DNA of 64,000 bases from an archaeon (GCA_018693315.1 JABHLR010000005.1:11975-75974); one strand, 5' to 3'. Shown: positions 46,077 through 55,380, counted from the first letter of the stretch. Program-made: numbers and translations. The notes: generated by a model from the sequence alone, not told the origin.

Positions 46077-47462
46077 TTATAATAATTCTTTTAGAATGTC
46101 TGCGACTTCTTTTCCTGAGACTTGGCCCTTGAATTTTCCCATGAGCAATCCCATATATGCTCCTTGAGATAATCCAGGTTTTTCATTGATTATTTTTTCA
46201 GCTTCGGATTTTAAGTTGATGTCTGATTTTTTCATTGCTTCTTTTAGGGATTTTCCTTGAGATATTTTTTGCATTATGTTTTTTATGTCGTTCTCTGAAA
46301 TTTTTCCTTCTTTGGTTTTTTGGAGGATTTCTTCTAACTTATCTATTAAAACTGGTTTGTCAGTTTGGAATAGTGTTAACATTTTTGCGATTAGGTTTGG
46401 ATTGTTGTGTTCTTGAATTAGAACCTTGAAATCTTCGACTTTGTTTTTCTTTAGAATTAGTTTCATTAGTTCTGGGTTGAGTCCGAATTTGTCGAGGTAA
46501 GATCTGTGTTCGGATGCTAGTTTTGGTAAATTCTTTTTTGTTTCGTTGATTAGTTCTCTTGAGATTTTTAGTAAAGGGACGTCGGTTTCTGGATACATTC
46601 TTGCTGCGCCAGGCATTGGTCTTTGGAATTTTGATGTGCCGTCTGGCAGTGCGCCTCGAACTTCTTTTTGGCAGGATTTCTTTTTAATGCATTCTTGTTG
46701 TCTTTCGATTTCTTTGTCGACTGTTGTGATCATCATTTTTGGATCCTGGAATCCTTTGATTTCTACTCGCTTGCTTCCTTTGATTGAGATGTTTACGTCT
46801 TGACGGATTGTTCCAATTCCTCTTTTGACTTTGCAGGCTCGTAGGATTTCTCCGATTTTCAAGGCGGCTTCTTTGATTTCTTCTGGTGTGTGCATGTGTG
46901 GGCCCGTTGCGATTTCTACCATTGCGAATCCTAGTCTGTCTAGCTTGTAGGTTTTTGAGTTTTCATTTTCTGATACTGGTCTTGCCGAGTCTTCTTCGAG
47001 CATGACTGCGTCGATTGCGATTTTGCCCGATGAGATTTCGATGTAGCCGTCGTGTGCGATTAGTGCTGTTCGCTGGAAGCCTGTTGTGTTTGATCCGTCT
47101 ACTACGGTTTTTCGCATGATTTGTGCGACTGGGAAAATTTTGCAGTTTAATAGGTGGGCTATTTGGAGTGTGATTTTTAGGGCTTCTTGGTTTATGTTGT
47201 GCGGCGGTTCTTCGTCTAGTTCTACCAGGCAGTTTGTGTCGAAAACTTGGTATGTGAAGTTTTTGTTTTGTGTTGCTTCGTGCGCGACTGCTACGTCTAT
47301 CTCGCCCGTTTCGCCGACGACTGGATTTAGTGTTCTTTGGATTTCGTATGATGGTTCGTCGGTTCTAAGGAGGCTTGGGCATTCGCAGAATAGCTTGTGG
47401 GTGTCGAGCTGCTGGTGGATTTCTAGCCCTGATTTTAGTCCGAGTTTTTTGTAGTCTTTCAT
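46077..47462 (-). CDS. gatE: Glu-tRNA(Gln) amidotransferase subunit E-like (short form)
   Basis: N-terminal LGLKSGLEIHQQLDTHKLFCECPS matches the GatE-type GLEIHQQL block (GatB has GLEVH). Next to gatD. 461 aa, shorter than typical GatE. Confidence 0.7.
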   Translation of the reverse strand: MKDYKKLGLKSGLEIHQQLDTHKLFCECPSLLRTDEPSYEIQRTLNPVVGETGEIDVAVAHEATQNKNFTYQVFDTNCLVELDEEPPHNINQEALKITLQIAHLLNCKIFPVAQIMRKTVVDGSNTTGFQRTALIAHDGYIEISSGKIAIDAVMLEEDSARPVSENENSKTYKLDRLGFAMVEIATGPHMHTPEEIKEAALKIGEILRACKVKRGIGTIRQDVNISIKGSKRVEIKGFQDPKMMITTVDKEIERQQECIKKKSCQKEVRGALPDGTSKFQRPMPGAARMYPETDVPLLKISRELINETKKNLPKLASEHRSYLDKFGLNPELMKLILKKNKVEDFKVLIQEHNNPNLIAKMLTLFQTDKPVLIDKLEEILQKTKEGKISENDIKNIMQKISQGKSLKEAMKKSDINLKSEAEKIINEKPGLSQGAYMGLLMGKFKGQVSGKEVADILKELL

Positions 47463-47518
47463 ATCTGATTTAATCTGGGAAGGTTTAAATAAGTTGGTTT
47501 ATTTGGTTTAATAAGGAG

Positions 47519-47794
47519 GTGAAAATGAAATTAACAAAGATTAATTATGTGTCGGCTGTGTTTATTGGAGTGTCTGCTCTGGTGATGTATTTCATCTTGG
47601 GTGTTCTGCAATTGATTCTGTTGTCGCAAGATCCAACTTTGATTGCATTGATGGGGTCTGCTAGTAAGGTTCAGATTCTTGTTTATACTCCGCTTATAGG
47701 TGGTGTTGTTGCATATGTATTTACGCTAGTCATGATTTTAGTTTACAATGTTGTAGCTAAGAAGTTCCCGATTAGCTGGAATATTAAGAAGTAA
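47519..47794 (+). CDS. Small membrane protein (91 aa)
   Basis: Two or three TM segments. Preceded by aaggaggtgaaaATG. Confidence 0.4.
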   Translation: MKMKLTKINYVSAVFIGVSALVMYFILGVLQLILLSQDPTLIALMGSASKVQILVYTPLIGGVVAYVFTLVMILVYNVVAKKFPISWNIKK

Positions 47795-47813
47795 CTAAAC
47801 TAAATTTTTTATT

Positions 47814-49064
47814 TTATTTTTTATTAAATTCGCTAGAAATATTTTCTAGCATCTTTTTTTCTGTGTTCCATTGTTTGTGACCTAGCACCCAGCCAAGTTT
47901 TACTAGAGCTGTTTCTGGAAGCATGTCTTCTAAAAATATGATTCCGGTTTTTTGGAGATCTCGTCCGGCTGTGTATATGTTTGGGTTTAGTCGGCCGTAG
48001 ATCGTTTGTGGGGTTGCACAGATTGTTACGCCTTTTTTTATTGCTTGTTTTATTTTTGGGAGCCAGTTGAATTTTGCGTCTTGGGTTGGGACCTGTCCGA
48101 TTCCTGTTACTTCTAAAACGATTCCTTTGTATCCTTGCTCTTGGTAGAATTCTAGAATTGCGGGATCTTGTCCTGGGTATACTTGGACTAGTGCGACTTT
48201 GTCTTGGAATTTTGTGTCGAGTTTTGCTTTGTTGTCTGATCGGGCGTTGAATGTTTTCAGAATTTCAATTTTGTCTGAGTTGATTTCTGCGATTGGTGTG
48301 TCGTTGATTATTTTGAATGCGTCTCTTCGTGATGTGTGCATTTTTCTGACTTTGGTTCCTGGCATTGCGACGCATGCTTCGTCGTTTGTGTTCTTGTGTC
48401 CGACTAGTGCGACTTCGGCGACGTCTGATGTTGCGTATTTTGCTGCGCAGATTAGGTTTAGTGAGGCGTCGGTTGATGCTCGGTCTACTGATCGCTGGGA
48501 GTATGTTAGCGCGATTGGTTTGTTTAGGTCTTTGATGAAGAATGATAGTGCGGCTGCGGTGTAGTGGAGAAAGTCGGTTCCTTGGGTTACGATTATTCCG
48601 GAGATTGAATCGTCGTTCAGATATTTCTCGCAGACTTCTGCGATTTTTTTCCAGTCAGAGAATGTCATGTTTTCGGACCATTTCATGAATGGGCTGACTA
48701 GGACTGGGTTGCAGATTTTTTTGAGTTCGGGTGCTATGTTTAGGATTGCTTCTTTGTCGGTTGAGATTACTCCTCCTGATTTTGGATCTAGTCTTGAGGA
48801 GATTGTTCCGCCGGTGATTATGATTGCGACGTTTGGTAGTTTTGGGTTTATCGTTTCTGGGGCTTCTGTTTTTTTTGGGGCTGTTGATTTTTCTAGGATT
48901 GTTGCGTCTAGGATTTCGTTTTCACGGATTCCGATGTTGTAGCCTGAACCTAGCTTTAGGAGGATTATTTCTGGGTCGTGGGATTGGAGGGCGTGGCCTG
49001 TCCATGATTTTTCTTTTGTTTGGAGTTTGACTTTGTCGCCAGGGGAAAATGTTTTTGTCTTCAT
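47814..49064 (-). CDS. gatD: Glu-tRNA(Gln) amidotransferase subunit D (asparaginase-like)
   Basis: GatD N-terminal domain (PGDKVKL...LKLGSGYNIGI) and asparaginase motif IITGGTISS. Confidence 0.85.
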   Translation of the reverse strand: MKTKTFSPGDKVKLQTKEKSWTGHALQSHDPEIILLKLGSGYNIGIRENEILDATILEKSTAPKKTEAPETINPKLPNVAIIITGGTISSRLDPKSGGVISTDKEAILNIAPELKKICNPVLVSPFMKWSENMTFSDWKKIAEVCEKYLNDDSISGIIVTQGTDFLHYTAAALSFFIKDLNKPIALTYSQRSVDRASTDASLNLICAAKYATSDVAEVALVGHKNTNDEACVAMPGTKVRKMHTSRRDAFKIINDTPIAEINSDKIEILKTFNARSDNKAKLDTKFQDKVALVQVYPGQDPAILEFYQEQGYKGIVLEVTGIGQVPTQDAKFNWLPKIKQAIKKGVTICATPQTIYGRLNPNIYTAGRDLQKTGIIFLEDMLPETALVKLGWVLGHKQWNTEKKMLENISSEFNKK

Positions 49065-49124
49065 ATATTTAGTAGATAAGTTGATTATATAAATTTTTAT
49101 AAATGGGTTTTTTGTTGGGATTTT

Positions 49125-49697
49125 ATGGCGAATACTGTTTTCCGGAAGGCGAAGGCTGGAGATCTTGAGGGGATTTTCGGATTAGCTAAAAGCTTGAAGG
49201 TTGATTATGACGCCCCTCAGAAAACTGGTTTTTTGGTTTATCCTTTGGATCGTAAGGGGTATGGGCGTAGGATTGATTCGTCTGATTTTTTTTATGTTGC
49301 TGATAATGGCGATGGTATTGTTGGGTTTTTGATGTGTTATGGTGGGGATACTGTGAAAACTTTGATGGAGAGTGGGGATTTGAACCATGAGGATTCTATT
49401 ATAAATGGAATATCTGAGGGGGAATATATTTTTGGGGATCAGGTAGGGGTTTCTTCTGGTGATGCTACGAAGGGAATTGGGACTGGGATGATGGAGAGAC
49501 TTTTTGAGGATATGAGGAAAAAGGGTGTTGGTGTTATGCGTGTTGGGATTTTACATGAGCCGGTTGAGAATGTTGCGTCGAAGACGTTTTGTGAGAAGTT
49601 GGGATTTGTTTATCAAAGCGAGGTGACTACGAGGGACGGACATGTGTGGGGTATTTATGAGTTGAGACCGTTTGGAGATGGTCGTGAAAAGAATTAA
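49125..49697 (+). CDS. GNAT-family N-acetyltransferase
   Basis: Motif A-like KGIGTGMMERLFEDMRKKG. Confidence 0.55.
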   Translation: MANTVFRKAKAGDLEGIFGLAKSLKVDYDAPQKTGFLVYPLDRKGYGRRIDSSDFFYVADNGDGIVGFLMCYGGDTVKTLMESGDLNHEDSIINGISEGEYIFGDQVGVSSGDATKGIGTGMMERLFEDMRKKGVGVMRVGILHEPVENVASKTFCEKLGFVYQSEVTTRDGHVWGIYELRPFGDGREKN

Positions 49698-49721
49698 AAA
49701 GTGAAATGAGTAATTGTTTTT

Positions 49722-50393
49722 ATGTGCTTTGCTCCGTATATATCTTTGGCGACGTTTGTTATAGAATTTTCACTGGCTTTGTTTTTTTTGCTTAGAGATC
49801 CGCGGGATAATCTCAATAGGATGCTTGCGTTGATTTCGTTTTTGCTTGGATTTTATCAGCTTAATGAGTTTTTGATTTGTACTACTGGGTTTAATTTGTT
49901 TTCTAGGCTCGCTGTGATTACTACTAGTCTTCTTCCGGTTTTGGCGGTATTTTTTGCGTTGATTGTTTTTAGAAAGAAGTTGAGGTTTTATTGGCGTATT
50001 TTAATTTGTGCGCCTGCGGTTTTTTTTGTTTTGATGTTTGCGATTTCGGATATTCTTAGAGAGTCTGCCACTTGTATGACGATATTTATTCAGTATCCTT
50101 ATTTTGGTTTGGTGTGGAGATTTTTGGGTTTGTATTATATTGTGTATTTGGTTGCGGCGTTGATTTTGTTTTATTTCGCGTCTTTGTCTGTTAAGACGAA
50201 AGAGGAGCGAAGGTTGTCTCACTTGGGTATGTTGGCGATGTTGATTTTTACTGTTCCGACTTTTGTGTTTTTGCTTTTCTTGCCGGTTTTTAATGTTCAG
50301 TTCCCTAGTGTTCTTTGTGAGTTTGGTTTGCTTTTGGCGATTGAGCTTATTGTTCTTATTTGGTATAAAGAAAAGCATAATTTGAAATATTAG
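49722..50393 (+). CDS. Polytopic membrane protein (6-7 TM), function unknown
   Basis: 223 aa, mostly hydrophobic. Confidence 0.5.
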   Translation: MCFAPYISLATFVIEFSLALFFLLRDPRDNLNRMLALISFLLGFYQLNEFLICTTGFNLFSRLAVITTSLLPVLAVFFALIVFRKKLRFYWRILICAPAVFFVLMFAISDILRESATCMTIFIQYPYFGLVWRFLGLYYIVYLVAALILFYFASLSVKTKEERRLSHLGMLAMLIFTVPTFVFLLFLPVFNVQFPSVLCEFGLLLAIELIVLIWYKEKHNLKY

Positions 50394-50433
50394 TCTTAGT
50401 TAGATTTAAAATATAGTTATTCTATTGATTGTT

Positions 50434-51819
50434 ATGAGTGAGAAAGCGTTTCCGGTGAAGATTGGTTTGGAGGTTCATGGGTATCTTGATACTCGGGAGA
50501 AGTTGTTTTGTATGTGTAAGACTGATAGTTTGAGCTCATCCGTTAATTCTAATATTTGTCCGATTTGTACGGGGACTCCTGGTTCGAAGCCGATGGCTGT
50601 TAATGCTGCGGCTGTTGATAAGTTGCTTGAGATTGCTTTGGTTTTTGGGTCTAAGATTAACTATAAGGATTTGATTTGGCAGAGGAAGCATTATGATTGG
50701 GCGGATAATCCTAAGGGGTATCAGACGACGATTTCGGGGGCTCATGCGACGACTAATGCGGTTGGAGGTAAGTTTAAGGGGATAAATATAACAGAGCTTC
50801 ATTTGGAGGAGGATCCGGCGCAGTGGAATCCTGGGACTGGGAAAATTGATTATAATAGATCGGGATTGCCGTTGGTTGAGATCGTTACGGAGCCTGAATT
50901 TAGTGATAGTGAGCAGGTTGTTGAGTGGTTGAAGGCTTTGGTTTTGAGTTTGAGTTATATTAAGGCGGTGAGGAAGAATGCGGGGATTAAGGTTGATGTT
51001 AATGTTTCGACTTATGGTGAGAGGGTTGAGATGAAGAATTTGAATTCCTTAGAGAAGATTCGGAAGGCTATTGAATATGAGATCGCGCGGCAGATTGAGG
51101 CGCATGATAATGGGGAGGTTCAGGAGAGGGAGACTTTGGCGTTTGATGAGAAGCTTGGGAAGACGATTAAGATGAGGAGTAAAGAAGGGGCTGCGGATTA
51201 TAGGTTTATTAGGGATCCTGATTTGCCGATGATTGTTGTGGATAAGAAACGTGTTGGTGAGTTGAAGAGGGGACTGCCTGAGATGCCTGAGAAGAAGTTG
51301 TCGAAGTTGTTGACTAAGTTTAAGGTTGGGGAGAAGGATGCTAAGATACTTACTCGAAATCTAGAGCTTGTCGAATTCTTCGAGAAGCTCGTGGAATTTG
51401 GAGTAGACCCGGGGAGGTACATGTCTTGGATTACGATTGAGTTGTTGAGGGTTTTGAATTATAATAAGAAGTCGCTTGAAGATGAGGATGTTGAGGTTAA
51501 ACCTGAGCATTTGGCGGAGTTGATTAAGGTGGTTGCTGCTGGTGAGATTACTGTTTTGAAGGGGAAGCAGATTATGAATGATATGATTCCGAAGTCGTTT
51601 AGTTTGAAGGATCATAAGGGGGAGATATCTAGTATTGATGAGAGTGCGATAGAGAATCTTTGTCAACAGGTAATTGATGAGAATTTGAAGGTGGTGACCG
51701 AGTATAAAGGTGGGAAGGATGCTAGCTTGAATTATTTAATTGGGCAGGTTATGAGGCTGAGTGAGAGGCGGGCTGATTTTAAGGTCGCTGGGGATTGTTT
51801 GAAGAGGTTGATAGGATGA
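50434..51819 (+). CDS. gatB: Asp/Glu-tRNA amidotransferase subunit B
   Basis: GatB N-terminus VKIGLEVHGYLDT...LFCMC...CPICTGTPG and the C-terminal YqeY-like tail. ATG at 50434. Confidence 0.9.
   Translation: MSEKAFPVKIGLEVHGYLDTREKLFCMCKTDSLSSSVNSNICPICTGTPGSKPMAVNAAAVDKLLEIALVFGSKINYKDLIWQRKHYDWADNPKGYQTTISGAHATTNAVGGKFKGINITELHLEEDPAQWNPGTGKIDYNRSGLPLVEIVTEPEFSDSEQVVEWLKALVLSLSYIKAVRKNAGIKVDVNVSTYGERVEMKNLNSLEKIRKAIEYEIARQIEAHDNGEVQERETLAFDEKLGKTIKMRSKEGAADYRFIRDPDLPMIVVDKKRVGELKRGLPEMPEKKLSKLLTKFKVGEKDAKILTRNLELVEFFEKLVEFGVDPGRYMSWITIELLRVLNYNKKSLEDEDVEVKPEHLAELIKVVAAGEITVLKGKQIMNDMIPKSFSLKDHKGEISSIDESAIENLCQQVIDENLKVVTEYKGGKDASLNYLIGQVMRLSERRADFKVAGDCLKRLIG
51746..51816 (+). repeat. gatB 3' terminal segment; source copy of two downstream partial duplicates
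   Basis: caggttatgaggctgagtgagaggcgggctgattttaaggtcgctggggattgtttgaagaggttgatagg. Confidence 0.7.
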
Positions 51820-52061
51820 AAAGGTGGGCGAAGGTTTTGTTGGTGATTGCGATTGTTTGGATTGTTTTATCTGTTTTTCTTTCTTTTTATTTGTGCAGAG
51901 CTGTAGATAAAAATGTGGCTTGTATGCAGGAGGGCTATTGTCCTGTTAGGAATAACTGTCATTTTGTTGATATGCTTTTGTGGTCTTTTGTTTTAGATAT
52001 TCCTGCGTGGATAATGTTTATTGTTGTGGCTATTTTGGGAAGAAGTAAGGGAAAGAAATAA
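51816..52061 (+). CDS. Small membrane protein (81 aa); start overlaps the gatB stop (ATGA)
   Basis: MKRWAKVLLVIAIVWIVLSVFLSFYL... with two TM segments. Confidence 0.4.
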   Translation: MKRWAKVLLVIAIVWIVLSVFLSFYLCRAVDKNVACMQEGYCPVRNNCHFVDMLLWSFVLDIPAWIMFIVVAILGRSKGKK

Positions 52062-52096
52062 TTCTGTATTAAATTAAAAGGAAAGTAAAGAGAACC

Positions 52097-52330
52097 TTGG
52101 TTCTTTTTGTTGTGGAGCGTAGCGATTACATGTGGTGTGGTGGTGGTGTTGAGGGGATGGGGAGATTGGATAGTCTTTCAGAGAAAGAGATTGATGAGTT
52201 GGCGAAGATTATGGATGTTGGGTTTCTTCAGGATGATTTAGATAGGGATGATAAGATTCTTGTTTTGTCTTCAGAGGCTGAAGAGAAAATTAATGATGGG
52301 TTGAAGAAACTTGGTGGGGGCTCGAAATAA
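52097..52330 (+). CDS. Hypothetical acidic protein (77 aa)
   Basis: ORF only. Its 5' region contains one copy of the GAGCGTAGCGATTACATGTGG repeat. Confidence 0.3.
   Translation: MVLFVVERSDYMWCGGGVEGMGRLDSLSEKEIDELAKIMDVGFLQDDLDRDDKILVLSSEAEEKINDGLKKLGGGSK
52114..52154 (+). repeat. Direct repeat GGAGCGTAGCGATTACATGTGGTGTGGTGGTGGTGTTGAGG; partner at 53859-53917
   Basis: The second copy contains an internal triplication of the GAGCGATTA(C/T)ATGTGG core. Confidence 0.6.
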
Positions 52331-52331
52331 T

Positions 52332-52367
52332 GGTTATGAGGTTGAGTGAGAGAAGGGCTGATTTTAA
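52332..52367 (+). repeat. Partial copy of the gatB 3' end (32 of 36 nt match 51748-51783)
   Basis: ggttatgaggttgagtgagagaagggctgattttaa. Confidence 0.6.
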
Positions 52368-52411
52368 ACAGGCGACGGAAATTATAAAAAGGTTGTTGGG
52401 GGATAAATAAG

Positions 52412-52609
52412 ATGACTAGTGATAGAATAAGTGGTAAAGGGTTAGGTGATTTTGCCCTAGCTGAGGTTGATGCAGCTGATGCAGCTTCTGGTGATTCTTA
52501 TCGCGCATCTATGGGGAGTGATATATGGGGTGTTAGTAATAATACTGGTGCGTCTAGTGAATCTGTTTTGAGTTATGCGGCTAGCTTGGTGGATCAAGAC
52601 GATGTTTGA
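52412..52609 (+). CDS. Hypothetical small protein (65 aa)
   Basis: ORF only. Confidence 0.2.
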   Translation: MTSDRISGKGLGDFALAEVDAADAASGDSYRASMGSDIWGVSNNTGASSESVLSYAASLVDQDDV

Positions 52610-52645
52610 TTTTAAGGTTGCTGGGGATTGTTTGAAGAGGTTGAT
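52607..52645 (+). repeat. Second partial copy of the gatB 3' end (38 of 39 nt match 51773-51811), directly before the HNH gene
   Basis: tgattttaaggttgctggggattgtttgaagaggttgat. Confidence 0.65.
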
Positions 52646-52647
52646 TA

Positions 52648-53427
52648 ATGGTTAATTATGTTGATGAGAATGGTTATAAGAGAGGAAAAATAAAACATTC
52701 AGATTTAATTCACAGACAGATTGCATATGAATTTATTTATAAAAAAAATAAAGGAAAATATTCTAAACCTTTTTCTTCGTATATTGTTCATCATATAGAT
52801 GGCGATAAGAAAAATAATGATATAAGCAATTTGCAAATTATGACTCAGAAGAAACATGAAAAAGTTCATGGGATTATAAGAACAAAAAAAGAAAGAGACT
52901 TATTTGAATTTGAGGAGAAGATTAGAAAGAAAAAGATTCATCCATTAAATGCTGAGTCAATCTCTAAAATAATAAAACAAAACAAAATTTCAAGAAGTAA
53001 TTTGGAGAGAGTTTCAAAATTAAAGAACGTAAAGAAAGCTGAAAAAAAGAAAAGGAATAAAAGAAGGAAGATGTTTTTTGGTTTGATTGTTTTGTTTGTC
53101 GTTTTGTTTGGAATTTTTATTTTTAATGGAGAAGAGGTTAGTCAGAATGCGAATCAGGTTGTTAAGCAAGTTGAAGAAGTTGAACCTTATGAGATTTTAA
53201 TAGATAAATATACAATGATTATAAAAAATAATCAAGACGAAGATATTAATTTGACAATTGTTTATCAAAGATATTCTAAGTGGTTTGGGATAGATGAGGT
53301 AAAAGAGGTGGATGTAGTATTGCTTCCGAATGAAGAGAGGAAAATTGTTGATGAGGGATTTTCTTCAAATAGTGGATGTTCTACTTCTCCGTGTCAATTA
53401 ATTCTAAAAGATGTTATAGTCAACTAA
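52648..53427 (+). CDS. HNH endonuclease-domain protein with a C-terminal TM segment
   Basis: HNH motif HHIDGDKKNNDISNLQIMTQKKHEKVH. Lys-rich linker, then TM FFGLIVLFVVLFGIFIF. Low-GC, A-rich composition. Confidence 0.65.
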   Translation: MVNYVDENGYKRGKIKHSDLIHRQIAYEFIYKKNKGKYSKPFSSYIVHHIDGDKKNNDISNLQIMTQKKHEKVHGIIRTKKERDLFEFEEKIRKKKIHPLNAESISKIIKQNKISRSNLERVSKLKNVKKAEKKKRNKRRKMFFGLIVLFVVLFGIFIFNGEEVSQNANQVVKQVEEVEPYEILIDKYTMIIKNNQDEDINLTIVYQRYSKWFGIDEVKEVDVVLLPNEERKIVDEGFSSNSGCSTSPCQLILKDVIVN

Positions 53428-53816
53428 TGGGAATTATAGAAATTATCGAAAATGCTCCTGCTTGGAAGAAGTGGCTGGGCGCGTCATCTCTCATATTTAT
53501 AATAGCTTTTTTAATTGTTGTTTCAGTTTTTGGAGGGAATGAGGTGGTGACTCTTCCGTCAGATGTTGCAGAAATAAGGCAGAATGCTACAGAATTAGTT
53601 GTCGAGGAAACTGTAAGTGCAGGGGGTGAGATAGCGGGTGCGTTTGCAGATGCAGGAAAAGAAATGGCAAAAACAGTTGATGATCCAATTCTTAGTGCAC
53701 AAATTATTTTTTTAATGTGGCTTTTGGGGGTTTTACTTGCATTTGCTCTGTTTTTAAAAATGTTAGAGGTCGTGGGCATTGATATTGATGCTATTATTAA
53801 AAGTTTAAATAAATAA
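53427..53816 (+). CDS. Membrane protein (129 aa); start overlaps the HNH stop (TAATG)
   Basis: Two TM segments. Confidence 0.4.
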   Translation: MGIIEIIENAPAWKKWLGASSLIFIIAFLIVVSVFGGNEVVTLPSDVAEIRQNATELVVEETVSAGGEIAGAFADAGKEMAKTVDDPILSAQIIFLMWLLGVLLAFALFLKMLEVVGIDIDAIIKSLNK

Positions 53817-53858
53817 TTCTAAGTTACACGAGCGGAGCGATTGGTTGAATAATTTACG

Positions 53859-53917
53859 GGAGCGTAGCGATTACATGTGGAGGAGCGATTATATGTGGTG
53901 TGGTGTTGGTGTTGAGG
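53859..53917 (+). repeat. Direct repeat partner of 52114-52154
   Basis: gggagcgtagcgattacatgtggaggagcgattatatgtggtgtggtgttggtgttgagg. Confidence 0.6.
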
Positions 53918-54016
53918 CACTGCTGTAAGTACCCTCTGTGGAGGGCAGGATGGGAGAAGATTGTTGGGAGGCAGGGAGAGAGGAAGATTTTTAAGAGTGT
54001 GAATTTCTGAGATTGG

Positions 54017-54415
54017 ATGGAAAATAGAGCGTCGGAATATTTTGATAGTAAATTTCGGAAGTGTAAGCAGAGGATTAGGTTGGCTTTTGCTGGAGTTGTT
54101 CTTGGGACGGTTTGTTCTATTGGCGGGGTGATGCTTAATGGTGGAAAATTCTTGGCGCGAGATTCGGGGAAGAGTTTTGTTGAGAAGCGGGTTAGTGATT
54201 CGCTTGTGCTTGGCGGAGGTTTGTTGACTGCCTCTAGTATGGTTGGGGTGTTATTGTGTACTGCGAAGGATGATAAGCTGAAGAAGGAGAGGCGTGAGTT
54301 GGATAGACAGATGATTAAGGCTGATATTTATTCTAGGGAATTTGATCGTCGAGAAGAGATGTTGTCTGGTGGTAATAAGTATGGTGGGGTTAGGGATTTG
54401 TATAAGTGTAATTGA
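54017..54415 (+). CDS. Hypothetical membrane protein (132 aa)
   Basis: ORF with two TM-like segments. Confidence 0.35.
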   Translation: MENRASEYFDSKFRKCKQRIRLAFAGVVLGTVCSIGGVMLNGGKFLARDSGKSFVEKRVSDSLVLGGGLLTASSMVGVLLCTAKDDKLKKERRELDRQMIKADIYSREFDRREEMLSGGNKYGGVRDLYKCN

Positions 54416-54468
54416 GGTTTGGGGAGTTGGGGGATTAATTTTATATAGTTTAGAATGTTGGTGGATGT

Positions 54469-54849
54469 ATGAAGAAGTGGTTAGTAATTTTAGTTGTTTT
54501 AGTTGTTGTGATTTTTGCAGCTGCGCTTGTTTATATCTTTAATGAAGATGAGGTTGAATCAGATAAAGGGAGAGGTGTTTATTATCATGAGCAGGGGTTT
54601 GTTTTGGGTAGCTGTTTAGAGTGGGATGAATTTGACAATGGAGATTCTGGTGCAGGGACGGTTTACACAGAGTATTATCATAAGGAAGATGGTCTGATTG
54701 GAAAGTGTTGGTCTTATCATGGGCCTGGTTCTTCTGGTGGCGCGGGGACCGGTTGTGATACTGATGAGCTATTGGGAGATGCGATAGAAGAGAGTGCTCT
54801 TGGTGGGAAAAGGTTTCCAAAATATGATTGTGATATATATGAAGAATAA
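54469..54849 (+). CDS. Small secreted or anchored protein (126 aa)
   Basis: N-terminal MKKWLVILVVLVVVIFAAALVYIF. TATA ttttatatag 20 nt upstream. Confidence 0.45.
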   Translation: MKKWLVILVVLVVVIFAAALVYIFNEDEVESDKGRGVYYHEQGFVLGSCLEWDEFDNGDSGAGTVYTEYYHKEDGLIGKCWSYHGPGSSGGAGTGCDTDELLGDAIEESALGGKRFPKYDCDIYEE

Positions 54850-54879
54850 TTTTATATAGTTGTTGTGGGTTTTTATTGG

Positions 54880-55026
54880 ATGGCATGGGAATTGGATTTG
54901 AAGGAGAGATCCGGGGTTAATAGGAAACATGTTTATTCTGGAAGTAGGGAGAGTCCGGTTTATGAGTTGACTAAGGAGTGGGAAGAGAATCCGTTTAGGT
55001 TTACTTATTTTGGTAATGAGTGGTAG
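54880..55026 (+). CDS. Putative 48 aa protein (below track cutoff)
   Basis: ORF MAWELDLKERSG...FGNEW with tttatatag 21 nt upstream. Confidence 0.25.
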   Translation: MAWELDLKERSGVNRKHVYSGSRESPVYELTKEWEENPFRFTYFGNEW

Positions 55027-55079
55027 TGTCTATTCTGTAGTGCAATAATTTTTATAAAGTATTTTTTTGTGTTGTTTGG

Positions 55080-55373
55080 ATGAGTCGCGGTAATGAGCAA
55101 ACGTATGATTGTCCTGATTGTGGCGAGGAGGGTGCAACTTTGGATTTTGGTCTTGGTTGTTCTAAGGTGAATGAGTTTAACATATGTTCTGAAACTGGTG
55201 ATTACTGTCCTGTGTGGACGAGTTCTGAGGCTGCTGATGCGCGCGAGACTAAGGCGAGGGGGCTTGAGGGATCTGATTTTTTTGATGGAGATGGTTTGGG
55301 CGAAGACGCGGCTGAGGTTTTACGAGGGCTTGATGATGACGATGGTTATGGTAATCATTATGATATTGATTAG
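55080..55373 (+). CDS. Small acidic Cys-containing protein (97 aa)
   Basis: CPDCGEEG...CSETGDYCP then an Asp/Gly-rich tail. tttataaag upstream. Confidence 0.4.
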   Translation: MSRGNEQTYDCPDCGEEGATLDFGLGCSKVNEFNICSETGDYCPVWTSSEAADARETKARGLEGSDFFDGDGLGEDAAEVLRGLDDDDGYGNHYDID

Positions 55374-55380
55374 GGCGATT

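Noticed and set aside
46077-47462. A second gatB copy
   Set aside because: The N-terminal GLEIHQQL block and adjacency to gatD favour GatE. The true gatB (GLEVHGYL, CPICTG) is at 50434-51819.
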